From positions 22,205 through 86,204 of the forward strand of contig JAYEOW010000024.1 in NCBI GenBank assembly GCA_034723395.1: DNA of 64,000 nucleotides, read 5' to 3'. Of this stretch, positions 10,383 through 20,935 are shown in pieces; position 1 is the first letter of the stretch, and the number at the start of each line of letters is the position of its first letter. Source of the stretch: Candidatus Margulisiibacteriota bacterium. GTDB lineage: Bacteria; Margulisbacteria; WOR-1; O2-12-FULL-45-9. The position numbers and the translations under genes are program-made. The notes under the pieces were generated by a model. The model saw nothing but the letters and a program-made list of their open reading frames with translations, did not search any database and had not been told where the DNA came from.

Positions 10383-12035
10383 CTACATCATTCCGCCCAT
10401 TCCACCCATGCCTCCCATACCGCCTGGCGGCATTGCCGGAGCAGCCTTTTCTTTATCAGGCTTTTCGGCAATTAATGCCTCAGTGGTAAGGAGCAGTGAT
10501 GCGATAGAAGCGGCATTCTGCAGCGCGGATCGGGTGACCTTTAAAGGATCGACAATGCCAAACTTGAACATGTCGCCATACTCAAAGTTCTGGGCATTGA
10601 ATCCGCTGCCATCCGTCTCTTTCTTGACATTTTCTACAACGACCGAGCCTTCCATGCCAGCGTTGGTGGCGATCTGCTTCAACGGCTCTTCCAGGGAGCG
10701 TCGAACGATCGATATCCCTACTCTTTCATCACCCTGGGTCCCGGCTTCAAGCTTCTCCAACATTGGTAAAATTCTTACAAAGCTCGATCCGCCTCCGGCG
10801 ATGATCCCTTCCTCAACCGCAGCCCTGGTAGCAGAAAGGGCATCTTCGATCCGATGCTTCTTCTCTTTGAGCTCCGTCTCGGTCGGCGCGCCAGCTTTAA
10901 TTACGGCAACTCCGCCGGAAAGCTTTGCTAATCTCTCCTGGAGTTTTTCTTTATCGTAAGAAGAATCAGAAACCTCGATCTCTTTCTTGATCTGCGCAAT
11001 GCGGGATTTTAATGAATCTTCCCGACCGGCGCCTTCAATGATCGTGGTATCTTCTTTCTTGACGATGATCTTTTTGGCCTTTCCGAGCCAATTGTCTTGA
11101 ATCCCTTCGAGGGTCAACCCTTTATCTTCGGATACGACCTCTCCTCCGGTGACAACTGCGATATCTTCGAGCATGGCTTTTCTTCGGTCGCCAAAGCCCG
11201 GGGCTTTAACCGCAACCGCGTTCAAGGTTCCGCGAAGCTTATTAACAACCAGGGTTGCTAATGCTTCTCCCTCGATATCATCAGCGAGGATGAGCAGAGG
11301 TTTGTTTAACTGGACAGTTTTTTCTAGGGTCGGAAGGAGATCTTTAACCGCTGAGATTTTCTTATCAGTGATCAAGATCATTGCGTCTTCCAGCACACAT
11401 TCCATTCTTTCACGGTCAGTGACCATGTAGGGAGAAGCGTAGCCTTTATCAAACTGCATTCCTTCGACAACTTCAAGAGAATTATCAATTCCCTTTGATT
11501 CTTCAACCGTGATAACCCCGTCTTTACCGACTTTTTCCATCGCGTCGGCGATCAGGTCCCCGATCTCAGAATCGTTGTTGGCAGAGATAGAAGCGACCTG
11601 CGCGATTGCCTCTTTACTCTCTACCGGCCGGCTGAGCTTTTTTAGCTCTCCAACCGCAAGCTCAACTGCCTTGTTGATCCCGCGCTTTAATCCCATCGGA
11701 TTAATGCCGGAAACTACTGCTTTGAGCCCTTCTTTAAAAATGATCTGACCTAAAACGGTCGCGGTGGTAGTTCCATCCCCCGCGATATCGTTGGTCTTGG
11801 AAGCGATCTCTTTTAAAAGTTGTGCTCCCATATTTTCAAACGGATCTTCTAGATCTATCTCCTTGGCAATGGTGACACCATCATTGGTGATGGTTGGAGA
11901 TCCCCATTTTTTCTCGAGTACCACGTTCTTACCGCGCGGCCCCAGAGTTATTTTTACGGCGCTGGCTATTTTAGAGACCCCTTTTTCCATCGATCTCCAA
12001 GCGTCATCGCCGAATTTCATTTCTTTACCTGGCAT
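10383..12035 (-). CDS. groL: chaperonin GroEL
   Basis: [32 protein letters not shown] tail. Confidence 0.99.
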   Translation of the reverse strand: MPGKEMKFGDDAWRSMEKGVSKIASAVKITLGPRGKNVVLEKKWGSPTITNDGVTIAKEIDLEDPFENMGAQLLKEIASKTNDIAGDGTTTATVLGQIIFKEGLKAVVSGINPMGLKRGINKAVELAVGELKKLSRPVESKEAIAQVASISANNDSEIGDLIADAMEKVGKDGVITVEESKGIDNSLEVVEGMQFDKGYASPYMVTDRERMECVLEDAMILITDKKISAVKDLLPTLEKTVQLNKPLLILADDIEGEALATLVVNKLRGTLNAVAVKAPGFGDRRKAMLEDIAVVTGGEVVSEDKGLTLEGIQDNWLGKAKKIIVKKEDTTIIEGAGREDSLKSRIAQIKKEIEVSDSSYDKEKLQERLAKLSGGVAVIKAGAPTETELKEKKHRIEDALSATRAAVEEGIIAGGGSSFVRILPMLEKLEAGTQGDERVGISIVRRSLEEPLKQIATNAGMEGSVVVENVKKETDGSGFNAQNFEYGDMFKFGIVDPLKVTRSALQNAASIASLLLTTEALIAEKPDKEKAAPAMPPGGMGGMGGMGGMM

Positions 12036-12052
12036 ATCTAACCTCCTTAATT

Positions 12053-12349
12053 TTAGCTTTTAATCGCTAATATATCTCTTTCTTGTAAAATTACGTACTC
12101 TTCACCTTCGATCTTGACCTCGGTCCCGCCGTATTTGCTGTAGATCACCTTGTCTCCAATCTTTACCTCTAAAGCGATCTTCTGTCCGTTATCCAATACG
12201 CGGCCGGAACCAACGGCAACTATTGCGCCCTCTGAAGGTTTTTCCTTTGCGCTATCAGGAAGTACTATTCCTGATTTAGTTTTCTCTTCTGAAGGGGCTT
12301 GTTTTACAACCACTCTGTCTCCAAGCGGTTTTAGAATCTTATCTACCAT
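12053..12349 (-). CDS. groS: co-chaperonin GroES
   Basis: [37 protein letters not shown]. Confidence 0.98.
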   Translation of the reverse strand: MVDKILKPLGDRVVVKQAPSEEKTKSGIVLPDSAKEKPSEGAIVAVGSGRVLDNGQKIALEVKIGDKVIYSKYGGTEVKIEGEEYVILQERDILAIKS

Positions 12350-12376
12350 TTATTTCACCTCCTGAAATCCGTGTTG

Positions 12377-12403
12377 TTAGCACTCTAACTGCGTGAGTGC
12401 CAA
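12377..12403. promoter_or_regulatory. CIRCE element (HrcA operator)
   Basis: TTAGCACTC-N9-GAGTGCCAA upstream of groES; one mismatch to consensus. Confidence 0.95.
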
Positions 12404-12431
12404 TTGTAGCATGGGGGTTAAAAGTTGTCAA
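12403..12431 (-). promoter_or_regulatory. sigma70 promoter of groESL
   Basis: TTGACA (12431-12426), 17 nt, TACAAT (12408-12403) with an extended TG; abuts CIRCE. Confidence 0.9.
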
Positions 12432-12448
12432 TAGTTTTAAGGTTCCTC

Positions 12449-12672
12449 AGCAAAAAGTGTGCCAACTATACAAGGGGGTTCGGTGTAACCCCACAATGAA
12501 TTGTGGGGAATTTCTCTCTATTATGATTACGGAGAACAGATATTCCACACATTTTAATGTGTGGTTTCAAGTCTATGTTTTGTAGGCACCAAATTATTAG
12601 AAAGGTTAGTAACAGTTTTGCCTGAAATAAAAAGTACATGTTTTTCTTTTAGTTTTTGGCACACTTTTTGCT
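12449..12672. repeat. 17-bp perfect inverted repeats (each a sigma54 -24/-12 match) enclosing two palindromes
   Basis: agcaaaaagtgtgccaa (12449-12465) and ttggcacactttttgct (12656-12672). Internal ccccacaat-ga-attgtgggg (12489-12508) and ccacacatt-tt-aatgtgtgg (12545-12564). Confidence 0.8.
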
Positions 12673-12706
12673 ATAGACCCGGACATATTTGCAGTGCCAT
12701 TGCAAA

Positions 12707-13750
12707 TTATACATCTCTCGAAGAATATACCTTAACCCGAAGGAGAAATGCCCAGGCAAATGCGGTCATGATTGCAAGAATAAGCAATAATGATATGAAT
12801 TGCTGAAAATTGGCGTTGATCATCGATAATGCGATCGCCCCCAGGATCATCTGTACCGCATAGAGGGTTAAAACGGTCATCTTCTGCGAAAAACCCATCA
12901 GATGAATGCGATGGTGCGAATGGTCCTTGCCCGCCGTGCTCATTTTAATGTGATGCAGAAAACGGTTTACAAACACGAAACAGGTATCGAAGATCGGTAT
13001 TCCAAGGATGATCAGCGGCACAACAAACGATATGAATTGAACTCTCGGGATATTCAAGATCAACGCGATGTTCCAGAGTTTAAATATATTTAGTTTTAGA
13101 CTTATGACCGCCAGCAGAAATCCCATCAAGGTAGATCCTCCCTCGCCTAAAAAGATAGATGCGGGATTAAAATTATATCGTAAAAATCCTAACGAAGCGC
13201 CAGCTAGGGCTAATGCAATTAATGCCAGACTGGGCTGGTTATTGTTCATCGCCAGTATACATAAGAATATCGAAGCAATAAAACCGACGCCAGTTACCAA
13301 CCCATCCATTCCATCCAGCATATTCATCGAATTGGTCATAAAGGTTATAAAACAGGCTACGAGGACCCAATTAATAATATCGATCCTGAATAGATTAAAT
13401 GATATACCAGTTACCAATACAAATATAAAAGAGAAGGCCAAATGAGACCAGATCTTATAACGGGCACGGACCTTTATCCCGGCATCGTCTAAGAGACCAA
13501 ATAAAATAAAAAGCAGACCGATTCCGGCAATGCCTAAAAGTTCTCGAACATCGGCCCCAGAGAGCCAGAAAGATCCGATAAAAGCAAAATAGATCGCGAT
13601 TCCCCCGGTCAGAGGGATTGGCTTATCATGGATTTTACGTTCGCCGGGTTTATCGAGGATGTTAAATTTAACCGCTAGCTGTTTTGCGATCGGAGTAAAA
13701 AGCAAAGAAAAAATAAGGCCGATGGTAAAAACAACAAAATAACTAATCAT
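12707..13750 (-). CDS. WecA/TagO-type undecaprenyl-phosphate HexNAc-1-phosphate transferase
   Basis: D.P..RKIH..P.P..GG.AI, GLLDD, NSMN.LDG.DGL, YNFNPASIFLG; multiple TM segments. Confidence 0.9.
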   Translation of the reverse strand: MISYFVVFTIGLIFSLLFTPIAKQLAVKFNILDKPGERKIHDKPIPLTGGIAIYFAFIGSFWLSGADVRELLGIAGIGLLFILFGLLDDAGIKVRARYKIWSHLAFSFIFVLVTGISFNLFRIDIINWVLVACFITFMTNSMNMLDGMDGLVTGVGFIASIFLCILAMNNNQPSLALIALALAGASLGFLRYNFNPASIFLGEGGSTLMGFLLAVISLKLNIFKLWNIALILNIPRVQFISFVVPLIILGIPIFDTCFVFVNRFLHHIKMSTAGKDHSHHRIHLMGFSQKMTVLTLYAVQMILGAIALSMINANFQQFISLLLILAIMTAFAWAFLLRVKVYSSRDV

Positions 13751-14882
13751 TCGTGACTATATTCTCCCAAAGGTGGCTTAATTTGGCCGTGCCGGTAATT
13801 AATTTAACTACCCTATGCGATACATTATCGATCTCATATTCAAAAGGGATCTTATGCTGTTTGGTATTATTCCACTCGGAAGTGACCAGATCAACCGAAT
13901 TATTTATCGTTGCCGGGTCCAGTCCGGTTAAAATTATGTTTCCAGAATCGATCGATTCTGGACGCTCGGTAGTGTTGCGGATCGTGACCGCCGGGAACGA
14001 AAGGATCGATGACTCTTCGCTGATCGTACCGCTATCGGAGATAACGCAAAAGGCGTTCATCTGCAAGTGGACATAATCGAGAAAGCCGAACGGTTTTAAG
14101 AACTTGATCTTGGGATCTATTTTGATCCCTTTTATCTTCTCCAATTGTTTTCTTGTTCTCGGGTGAGTTGAGACAATGATCGGCATTTTATACTCTTTGG
14201 CGAGCTTGTTTAAAGCGGTAAGCAGCGAAAGCAGGTTTTTCTTTAGGTCAATGTTCTCTTCACGGTGCATACTTACCAGCATATACTGTTTTGGTTTTAA
14301 TTTAAGCTTATTTATGATTTTAGAAGCTTTGATCTTATCCAAATTCGCTACCAGGACCTCTTTCATCGGTGACCCGGTCAGGTATATCTGCCGTGGATGG
14401 ATCCCTTCCGCCAATAAATTTCTTCTCGCATGCTCGGTGTATACCAGATTAAAATCGCTGATATGATCGATGATCCGCCGGTTGATCTCTTCGGGCACAT
14501 TGAAATCAAAACATCGATTGCCTGCTTCCATATGATAGATCGGGATCTTCATCCTCTTGGCAATGATCCCGCCGATCGAGCTGTTCGTATCCCCCAGGAT
14601 CAGGACCGCGTCCGGTTTTTCTTTAACTAAGACTTTTTCAACCTCTATGATTATATTCCCATACGCCTTACCGAGAGATGAGCAATCTACGCCAAGAAAA
14701 TAATCCGGTTTTCTAACATTTAAATCCTTAAAGAAGATTTCGTTTAGCTCATAATCGTAATTCTGTCCGGTATGGACAATAACCTGGTTCATGTATTGAT
14801 CGACCAGCGCCATTACCTGCGAAAGGCGGATGATCTCCGGACGAGTACCCAAGATAGTCATTACTTTTAATTTATTTTTCAA
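13743..14882 (-). CDS. fnlC: UDP-sugar 2-epimerase, non-hydrolysing (FnlC/WbjD/CapG)
   Basis: GTRPEIIRLS, HTGQNYDYEL, HMEAGNRCFD..VPEEINR, SDSGTI.EE; follows fnlA and fnlB. Confidence 0.9.
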   Translation of the reverse strand: MKNKLKVMTILGTRPEIIRLSQVMALVDQYMNQVIVHTGQNYDYELNEIFFKDLNVRKPDYFLGVDCSSLGKAYGNIIIEVEKVLVKEKPDAVLILGDTNSSIGGIIAKRMKIPIYHMEAGNRCFDFNVPEEINRRIIDHISDFNLVYTEHARRNLLAEGIHPRQIYLTGSPMKEVLVANLDKIKASKIINKLKLKPKQYMLVSMHREENIDLKKNLLSLLTALNKLAKEYKMPIIVSTHPRTRKQLEKIKGIKIDPKIKFLKPFGFLDYVHLQMNAFCVISDSGTISEESSILSFPAVTIRNTTERPESIDSGNIILTGLDPATINNSVDLVTSEWNNTKQHKIPFEYEIDNVSHRVVKLITGTAKLSHLWENIVTND

Positions 14883-16006
14883 GATTTAAATACCTCCTCG
14901 GGATATGTATCCTTATCATTTGGATCGTAGAGCTCATTGCACCAAAAAAGCGTATAAAGATCATTCTTACCAACGTTTTCAATATGGTGGGTATGGAAGA
15001 TCGGAATGTCAACAAATGCCGGCCTCCCCGACTTGATCTTGAATTCCTTGATCTCCTTGGTCCCGACCCTTCTCATCCGGATAACCGCATCGCCTTCGAT
15101 AACACAGAATTTCTCCGCTTTCCTTATATGGTAATGGTTTCCCCGGATATGTCCAGGTTTTGTTTTGGAGAAAAACACCTGTCCGCCCTGGGCCAGCTTT
15201 AGTATCTCAAAAAGCTCCCCACGCTGGTCGCTATGAACCTGCGGATTATGGTTGAGTTTTTCATACTCTAAATAAGAGAGGAAAACATTATACAAATTTA
15301 CCAAAAAAGGATCGTTAAGTTTTGGAATAATCCCATTCATGAAATAAGATTCTTTAAATTGCTCTAATATCTCCAGCAATTCAGAAACCTTTATTTTCTT
15401 TGTCCCTTTAATCCTAAGATTATCAACTCCCTTAGGAGAAGATAGGACTATTTCATAAATAGTTTCTGTCAGATCATTGATATAGATAAATTCCACTTCG
15501 CGGTCGGCTAGTATTTTTGGCTCTTCGCCGCGGGTTAATTGATAACAAAATGTGGCAACCACCGAATTATAGAAAGGCCGTCCGCGATCGCCAAAAACAT
15601 TAGGGATAATTAGATTGGCCAGTGAAGCATTGTTCTTTTTCGCCCATTTTTCAAATATCGAACATGAGTCCTTTTTTGACCGGCCAAAAGCAGAATCAGT
15701 TGAGCTCAAAATCGAAGAGGCAAATACCAAATTTATTTTCTTCCCACTTTTCTCTATCGCTTTTACTAAGGTATTTGCCAGATCGATATTTGTCTTATAA
15801 ATATCATCCTCATCGCCTCGGTTCATCCCCGCTAACTGGACAATACAATCACATTTTTTTACCGAGTTGAGTAATTCTGACGGTTGTTTAAATGAAGCAT
15901 CTTCGATCGGAATAGCTGTAATATTATTATCACGGGAGAGACGTTCCAGCAGATGCGAGCCGATAAATCCGGAATAACCGGTTACCCCGATAATTTTTTT
16001 ACTCAT
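14879..16006 (-). CDS. fnlB: FnlB/WbjC/CapF reductase-epimerase (SDR plus cupin)
   Basis: TGYSGFIG, PNVFG..GRPFYNSVVATFC, cupin motif RGNHYH..K.EKF.V. Confidence 0.88.
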   Translation of the reverse strand: MSKKIIGVTGYSGFIGSHLLERLSRDNNITAIPIEDASFKQPSELLNSVKKCDCIVQLAGMNRGDEDDIYKTNIDLANTLVKAIEKSGKKINLVFASSILSSTDSAFGRSKKDSCSIFEKWAKKNNASLANLIIPNVFGDRGRPFYNSVVATFCYQLTRGEEPKILADREVEFIYINDLTETIYEIVLSSPKGVDNLRIKGTKKIKVSELLEILEQFKESYFMNGIIPKLNDPFLVNLYNVFLSYLEYEKLNHNPQVHSDQRGELFEILKLAQGGQVFFSKTKPGHIRGNHYHIRKAEKFCVIEGDAVIRMRRVGTKEIKEFKIKSGRPAFVDIPIFHTHHIENVGKNDLYTLFWCNELYDPNDKDTYPEEVFKS

Positions 16007-17007
16007 GAGAGATCGTTCTGTATTTCGGGCAGTGAAAGAAGGAGCTTTTCCATTTCAGGGATACTGAGACGTTGGGTGTTTGAAGAATTATACCCCTCTT
16101 TAGGGATCTTTCCCTCTTGGCCTTTGGTAAAAAATTTATCATAATCAATTTTTCGATCACCTTTAATCCGATAAAATTTATCAAATTCTTCGGAAGCAAA
16201 AAGTTCTTCCTGGGTAACAAGGGTCTCATGCATCTTTTCCCCTTCACGGATACCGACTTCTTTAATTTCATTATCTACTTTAAATATATTTGTCACCGCT
16301 TTGGCCAGATCACCCATCGTAGCAGCTCCCGCTTTTCGTACAAAAATATCACCGTTCACTGCCTTATCCATAGCAAAAATAACTAGCTCCACAGCAACCG
16401 ATAGCGGCAGTAAAAATCTTGTCATGTCCGCATTGGTTACGGTCAGCGGTTTGCCCGATTTTGCCTGTTTTACAAACAGCGGAATAACTGACCCCCTTGA
16501 GTACATAACATTGCCGTAGCGGACCCCGCAAAACGTTGTTTTTGAATGTGCATTATACGAGCGGGCGATCATCAGCTTTTCCATGACCGCTTTGCTCATC
16601 CCCATCGCGTTTATCGGATAAACCGCTTTGTCGGTGCTTAAAACAACAACTTTATTTACTTCGTTGTATTCGGCAGCATCCATTACGTTGTTGGCGCCTA
16701 AAATATTTGTTTTAACGGCTTCAATCGGGAAAAATTCACAAGAAGGAACCTGCTTTAATGCCGCAGCATGAAAAACGTAGTCTACCCCTTTCATTGCACT
16801 AAAGATCGAATCCCGGTCTCGAATATCCCCAACCACGAATTTGAGCACCGGGTTATTAAGAGTAATCCGCATATCGTGTTGTTTTTTCTCATCCCGGCTA
16901 AATATAATGATCTGTTTGGGGGAATACTTCTCTAAGATCGCATGAAAGAAGGCATTACCAAAAGAGCCGGTTCCGCCCGTTACCATTATCGTTTTTTCAT
17001 GAAACAT
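16003..17007 (-). CDS. fnlA: UDP-GlcNAc 4,6-dehydratase/epimerase FnlA/WbjB/CapE
   Basis: TGGTGSFG, FSRDEKKQ, HAAALKQVPSCEFFP, STDKAVYPINAMGMSK, RYGNV..SRGSVIP. Confidence 0.92.
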   Translation of the reverse strand: MFHEKTIMVTGGTGSFGNAFFHAILEKYSPKQIIIFSRDEKKQHDMRITLNNPVLKFVVGDIRDRDSIFSAMKGVDYVFHAAALKQVPSCEFFPIEAVKTNILGANNVMDAAEYNEVNKVVVLSTDKAVYPINAMGMSKAVMEKLMIARSYNAHSKTTFCGVRYGNVMYSRGSVIPLFVKQAKSGKPLTVTNADMTRFLLPLSVAVELVIFAMDKAVNGDIFVRKAGAATMGDLAKAVTNIFKVDNEIKEVGIREGEKMHETLVTQEELFASEEFDKFYRIKGDRKIDYDKFFTKGQEGKIPKEGYNSSNTQRLSIPEMEKLLLSLPEIQNDLS

Positions 17008-18188
17008 TTAAACAGCTCCTCGTACTTTAAAACGGCGTCTTTACGCGAAAAAACGGCTTCTGCCGCTTTACGTCCGTTTCTACCCATTTTCTCGCACAAC
17101 GGTCTATCATTATATAATTTTAGAATTGATTTTGCAAGGTTATCCGGCTCTCCGGCTCCGACGTATACTCCACAATTATACTGTTCAAGTTTCTTGGGAA
17201 CATCACCACTTAGAGGGACACTGGCAACGATCGGCTTTTCGGCCGCCATAATGCTTAAAACCTTGCCCGGGATCGAGGCAACGGTAAGCTCTTTTCGTAA
17301 AGTAACCAGACAAGCATCGGAAGCGTTGAGGATCTGCGGATAAATATCCAATGGCTGGGTATTAATAAATTTAATATTCCCGATCCTCTCCTTATGAACC
17401 CGTTCCTCTAACAATTTTCTCTCAACTCCGTCCCCTACGAGAACAAACTGGATATCTTTGTTATCTTTTAATAGTTTTGCCGCGTCGATTACGCAGCCAA
17501 GGTCCTGCGCAAAGCCCATGGTCCCGGCAAAAGAGATAATAAATTTATCCAGCAGCTTATATTTCCTGCTGAAATCGTTATCCCTGTTTCCCGGCTTAAC
17601 CATTTCGGGATCGACCCAATTATAAACAACTTCGGTCCGGTCAGCTTTTGCCCCTTTAGATACCACATACTCCTTATTCCCTTCGGTATGCACCGTGATC
17701 ATATCTGATCTTCGATAGATAAAAGACTCCATCATCCGGGATATTTTGATCAACAGCTTATTCTTTAAAAGACCCAGGTCAATTACTCCCTGCGGCAGCG
17801 GATCTTGAATATTAACAATAGAGGGCGTCTTCCTTAAACGGCCGAGCCAGTAACCGGTGATCCCCAGGGGAAGCGGTGGAGAATAAACTAGAATAACATC
17901 TACATTCTTTACCCTTAATGCTCCAAAAAAGAAAATTATCGCCATTAGAAAGTGCTCGAATCCACGGATAAAGGGAATATGCCGGGCTAACTTGGGCATT
18001 TTAACGCGGTAAACTTCGATTCCCGACATCTCTTTGGCCGGTTCGCTGGTAAGATTGTATTGCGGCATCCGGGTTACTACCGATACTTTATTTCCCCGTT
18101 GAACTAAAGATTCAGCTAATTCAAAAAACAAAGTTGAAGCCGACTTAGTTTCGGGAGGGAACGATTCGGTAATGATCAGAATATGCAT
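16986..18188 (-). CDS. GT4 glycosyltransferase, WbuB-like (putative L-FucNAc transferase)
   Basis: FPPE, SPPL, QD..P, NWVD, AGTMG.AQ, PGK..SIMA; adjacent to fnlABC. Confidence 0.8.
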   Translation of the reverse strand: MHILIITESFPPETKSASTLFFELAESLVQRGNKVSVVTRMPQYNLTSEPAKEMSGIEVYRVKMPKLARHIPFIRGFEHFLMAIIFFFGALRVKNVDVILVYSPPLPLGITGYWLGRLRKTPSIVNIQDPLPQGVIDLGLLKNKLLIKISRMMESFIYRRSDMITVHTEGNKEYVVSKGAKADRTEVVYNWVDPEMVKPGNRDNDFSRKYKLLDKFIISFAGTMGFAQDLGCVIDAAKLLKDNKDIQFVLVGDGVERKLLEERVHKERIGNIKFINTQPLDIYPQILNASDACLVTLRKELTVASIPGKVLSIMAAEKPIVASVPLSGDVPKKLEQYNCGVYVGAGEPDNLAKSILKLYNDRPLCEKMGRNGRKAAEAVFSRKDAVLKYEELFKCFMKKR

Positions 18189-18191
18189 CGG

Positions 18192-19001
18192 TTAAAGCGC
18201 CTCTCTGCAAGGAACAAAATTAAAATCGTTTATTAACCGAGTAAATCTTTTTTCGGTTAACTTTAAGTTAGCATAATGTTTAATATTTTGCGGGAAAGGA
18301 AGCTTAACTTTTGGCTGTTTAGGATCAAATTCCCAACTGTGATAATTCAGCGTAGCCCCGATCCCTTTATTATTCAAACGTTTAACCGCCCATTTGGTTA
18401 TTAAATATGGGAATAATCTGAAGTAAGAAGTCGTTGCTATCGGAACTTTGATGCCAAACAGATCGGTGGTAATAAGCGGAAATTCCTTTAATCCTTCCCT
18501 GATCTGAAAATGTTTTTGCGGAAATCCGGCAACTCCCCCCCTGGTGAATAGCCTCAAAGATACCGGATAGATGCTCGAATCATATTTTAATCCGCAATCT
18601 TTTATAATATCCAGTGCCCAGAGTGTATCTTTGGTGATCGTATAGCCGGGGGCCCGGAAACCCAATACATCTTTCCCGGTAATATCTTTTAACACTTTTA
18701 TCGAACGCAACAGGTCCTCCTTAAATTCTTCGGGTGAAAGAGAAGATACCGGCTTGTGAGAATAACTGTGGCTGGCAACTTCATGCCCCGCGTTATCGAT
18801 CATTTTTACGATCTCCGGATCCTCTTCGGCTAATTTCCCGACAATAAAGAAGGTCGCTTTTATCTGCTTAGGCTCTAATAATTCGAGGATTTTTTTAACT
18901 CCGATCTCTACCCTATTCCCTTCCTTAAGCAACTCGTCCTTATTTTTTACAAAAAAGGAATCACACCACGCTTCAACATCAAAAGACAAAATATTTTTCA
19001 T
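18192..19001 (-). CDS. polysaccharide deacetylase (CE4, DUF3473-type)
   Basis: SFDVE.W, ATFFIVG, GHEVASHSYSH, GFRAP, YDSSI.P, YHSWEFDP. Confidence 0.88.
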   Translation of the reverse strand: MKNILSFDVEAWCDSFFVKNKDELLKEGNRVEIGVKKILELLEPKQIKATFFIVGKLAEEDPEIVKMIDNAGHEVASHSYSHKPVSSLSPEEFKEDLLRSIKVLKDITGKDVLGFRAPGYTITKDTLWALDIIKDCGLKYDSSIYPVSLRLFTRGGVAGFPQKHFQIREGLKEFPLITTDLFGIKVPIATTSYFRLFPYLITKWAVKRLNNKGIGATLNYHSWEFDPKQPKVKLPFPQNIKHYANLKLTEKRFTRLINDFNFVPCREAL

Positions 19002-19960
19002 CTTACGTCAAAATTCGATAAATTAACGTTCCAGTTGTTTATATCGAAGACCCTTTCGTCTATTTTGGAATCGATCAATATCCTGCCGGACATCCTGACC
19101 GCCTTTGGCTCGAATCGTTTCGGTACTTTCACTAGATTGATCGGGCGTTTATTTAATTTCCCGAGATAAGCGATTGCATCGATATCTTTTTCGTTATTAA
19201 ATATATATTTGACCGCGCCCTCTAACAATCTTTTATCTAATGGATAAAAATCGATCACAAAAGCGGTCCTTGCTCCATTCTCTATATCTATTTTATAAAC
19301 AAAGAAGGCTCCATCAGCCGCTTTAACTTTTTTATAAGAATCATCATATCGGTAATTTATAAATTCTTCACTGTTTATTTTTTCAATATTGCGATCGGAC
19401 ATTGTCCCCATCTTGTATGAATCAATATCTTTAGCTAGTTTATTGGCCAATCCAGCGATAACAGCCGAACAAGGATTTAATAGCTTCAGCTTTCTTTTAA
19501 TCGCGCCGATCATTAATGGGAGGATAAAATAATCTAATTCACCGATATCGATCCATCTCAGCATCTTTTTCCTGACCAAGTAGACATTTTCGTTGGGAAA
19601 ACCAAAAACAAATGGAATGTTATCTTTAATCAGATTTTCGTAGACTGGATTCGCCATCTTTTTGATATTTGCAGGTTTTCCGCGGTAATCCTTATGGATC
19701 ATCGTATCCACCGACAGGGCAAAAACATACTCTTTACCAAAATATTTATATTTAAAAGGGATGGAGGTGTAACTGCCTACGATCTTTCCGTCCGCAAGCA
19801 TCAATCCATGATAGGAATATCCGAGGGTTGTATTTAAAAATTGCTGATCGAACTTATCGACCGTCTTCGCTTTGTTGAAAACATTCGCAAAGAGATCGCA
19901 GATCTGCTGTTTTTCTTCCGCAGTCAATTCATTGGTTTTTTTATGAATAAATGTCAGCAA
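18998..19960 (-). CDS. GNAT-family acyltransferase
   Basis: SVDTMIHKDYRG and FVFGFPNEN. Confidence 0.75.
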   Translation of the reverse strand: MLTFIHKKTNELTAEEKQQICDLFANVFNKAKTVDKFDQQFLNTTLGYSYHGLMLADGKIVGSYTSIPFKYKYFGKEYVFALSVDTMIHKDYRGKPANIKKMANPVYENLIKDNIPFVFGFPNENVYLVRKKMLRWIDIGELDYFILPLMIGAIKRKLKLLNPCSAVIAGLANKLAKDIDSYKMGTMSDRNIEKINSEEFINYRYDDSYKKVKAADGAFFVYKIDIENGARTAFVIDFYPLDKRLLEGAVKYIFNNEKDIDAIAYLGKLNKRPINLVKVPKRFEPKAVRMSGRILIDSKIDERVFDINNWNVNLSNFDVR

Positions 19961-20935
19961 CTAATCGTCATCCTTTACCGGCCGCTCGCGGAAGGTGTAC
20001 ATGATCTTATGCAGGATATCGGCAAACATCGATTCATAAAAGAAATGGCTGATCGCCGGATGGAGCCAGGACGAAAGCGCCAGATAACTCCACATATCCC
20101 TTTTGAGGAAAAATTTATCTGAAACAAATGGCTTATAGTCCTGATTTAGCTCTATCTCGCCCTCCTTGGGAACTAATCCGTTTTTATATGCTAAGCGATA
20201 GTGCTTGATCGTTTTTAAATCTACTTTCATTAATTTGGCGGCTATCAAATCCGCAGCCTCAAAGCTTGTCGAAGCAATTAACCAGCCTAGATCGATCGCA
20301 TCCCCGGCCATCGGTCCGCTGCGGGTCAATCCATAAGTTCCATCAACGATCGAAATCTTATTCTTTAATTCCTGATTGATCGCGTAAATAGCCTCATTAA
20401 ATACGGAATGATAGCGCAGCCGCATAACGTTTGGCACACAACCCCACTGGTTCTTGTAAGAGAGACTTATTTTAGTCATCGCGTGTACTTTCGGGACCGG
20501 AAGGGTTATAAAAGAGTCGGTCTCATATCTTAAGATATTCGGCATCTCGATATTAAAATCCTTGCCGAACTTGCGTATTTTTATATATTCATACGGGAGT
20601 TTGGATAAATTGACAACCCTGATCCCATATTTTTTCTCAAGCTCAGGAAGACCGAAATCGTGAAAGACATCTTTAACCTCGTGGGAATTGTAGCCGCCGT
20701 CTGATTCACCGACCACGATCTGGCAGTTGTGATCTTTTAAAACTTTTATTAACGCTTCCAATAATTGCGGGGTTGTGGTTACGCCAGCTTTAAACCTGGG
20801 ATAAGTAAGGTTCGGCTTTATAAATACACTGCTTCCCGCTTTTAAAAATGATTCCACATTTAGCCATTTAAAAGCATTGGCGATCTTTTCCTGATATTTG
20901 TTCTCTATGCGGTCGATAAATACTTTTTGTTTCAC
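19961..20935 (-). CDS. DUF362 domain protein
   Basis: VFIKPNL, TTTP, VGES, LPVPKVH......SYKN.WG, IVDG...GP..G. Confidence 0.8.
   Translation of the reverse strand: MKQKVFIDRIENKYQEKIANAFKWLNVESFLKAGSSVFIKPNLTYPRFKAGVTTTPQLLEALIKVLKDHNCQIVVGESDGGYNSHEVKDVFHDFGLPELEKKYGIRVVNLSKLPYEYIKIRKFGKDFNIEMPNILRYETDSFITLPVPKVHAMTKISLSYKNQWGCVPNVMRLRYHSVFNEAIYAINQELKNKISIVDGTYGLTRSGPMAGDAIDLGWLIASTSFEAADLIAAKLMKVDLKTIKHYRLAYKNGLVPKEGEIELNQDYKPFVSDKFFLKRDMWSYLALSSWLHPAISHFFYESMFADILHKIMYTFRERPVKDDD

Noticed and set aside
6686-10475. + strand ORFs opposite rbfA, infB and nusA (e.g. 226 aa at 8418-9098)
   Set aside because: Shadow ORFs with Ser/Phe/Ile-rich antisense composition.
10369-12063. Long + strand ORFs opposite groEL (e.g. 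196 aa at 10369-10959)
   Set aside because: Codon-mirror antisense ORFs typical of conserved genes; no motifs or RBS.
15999-16271. 90-aa minus-strand ORF and other short nested ORFs across the glycan locus
   Set aside because: Lie entirely within well-supported genes in another frame; no recognisable motifs.
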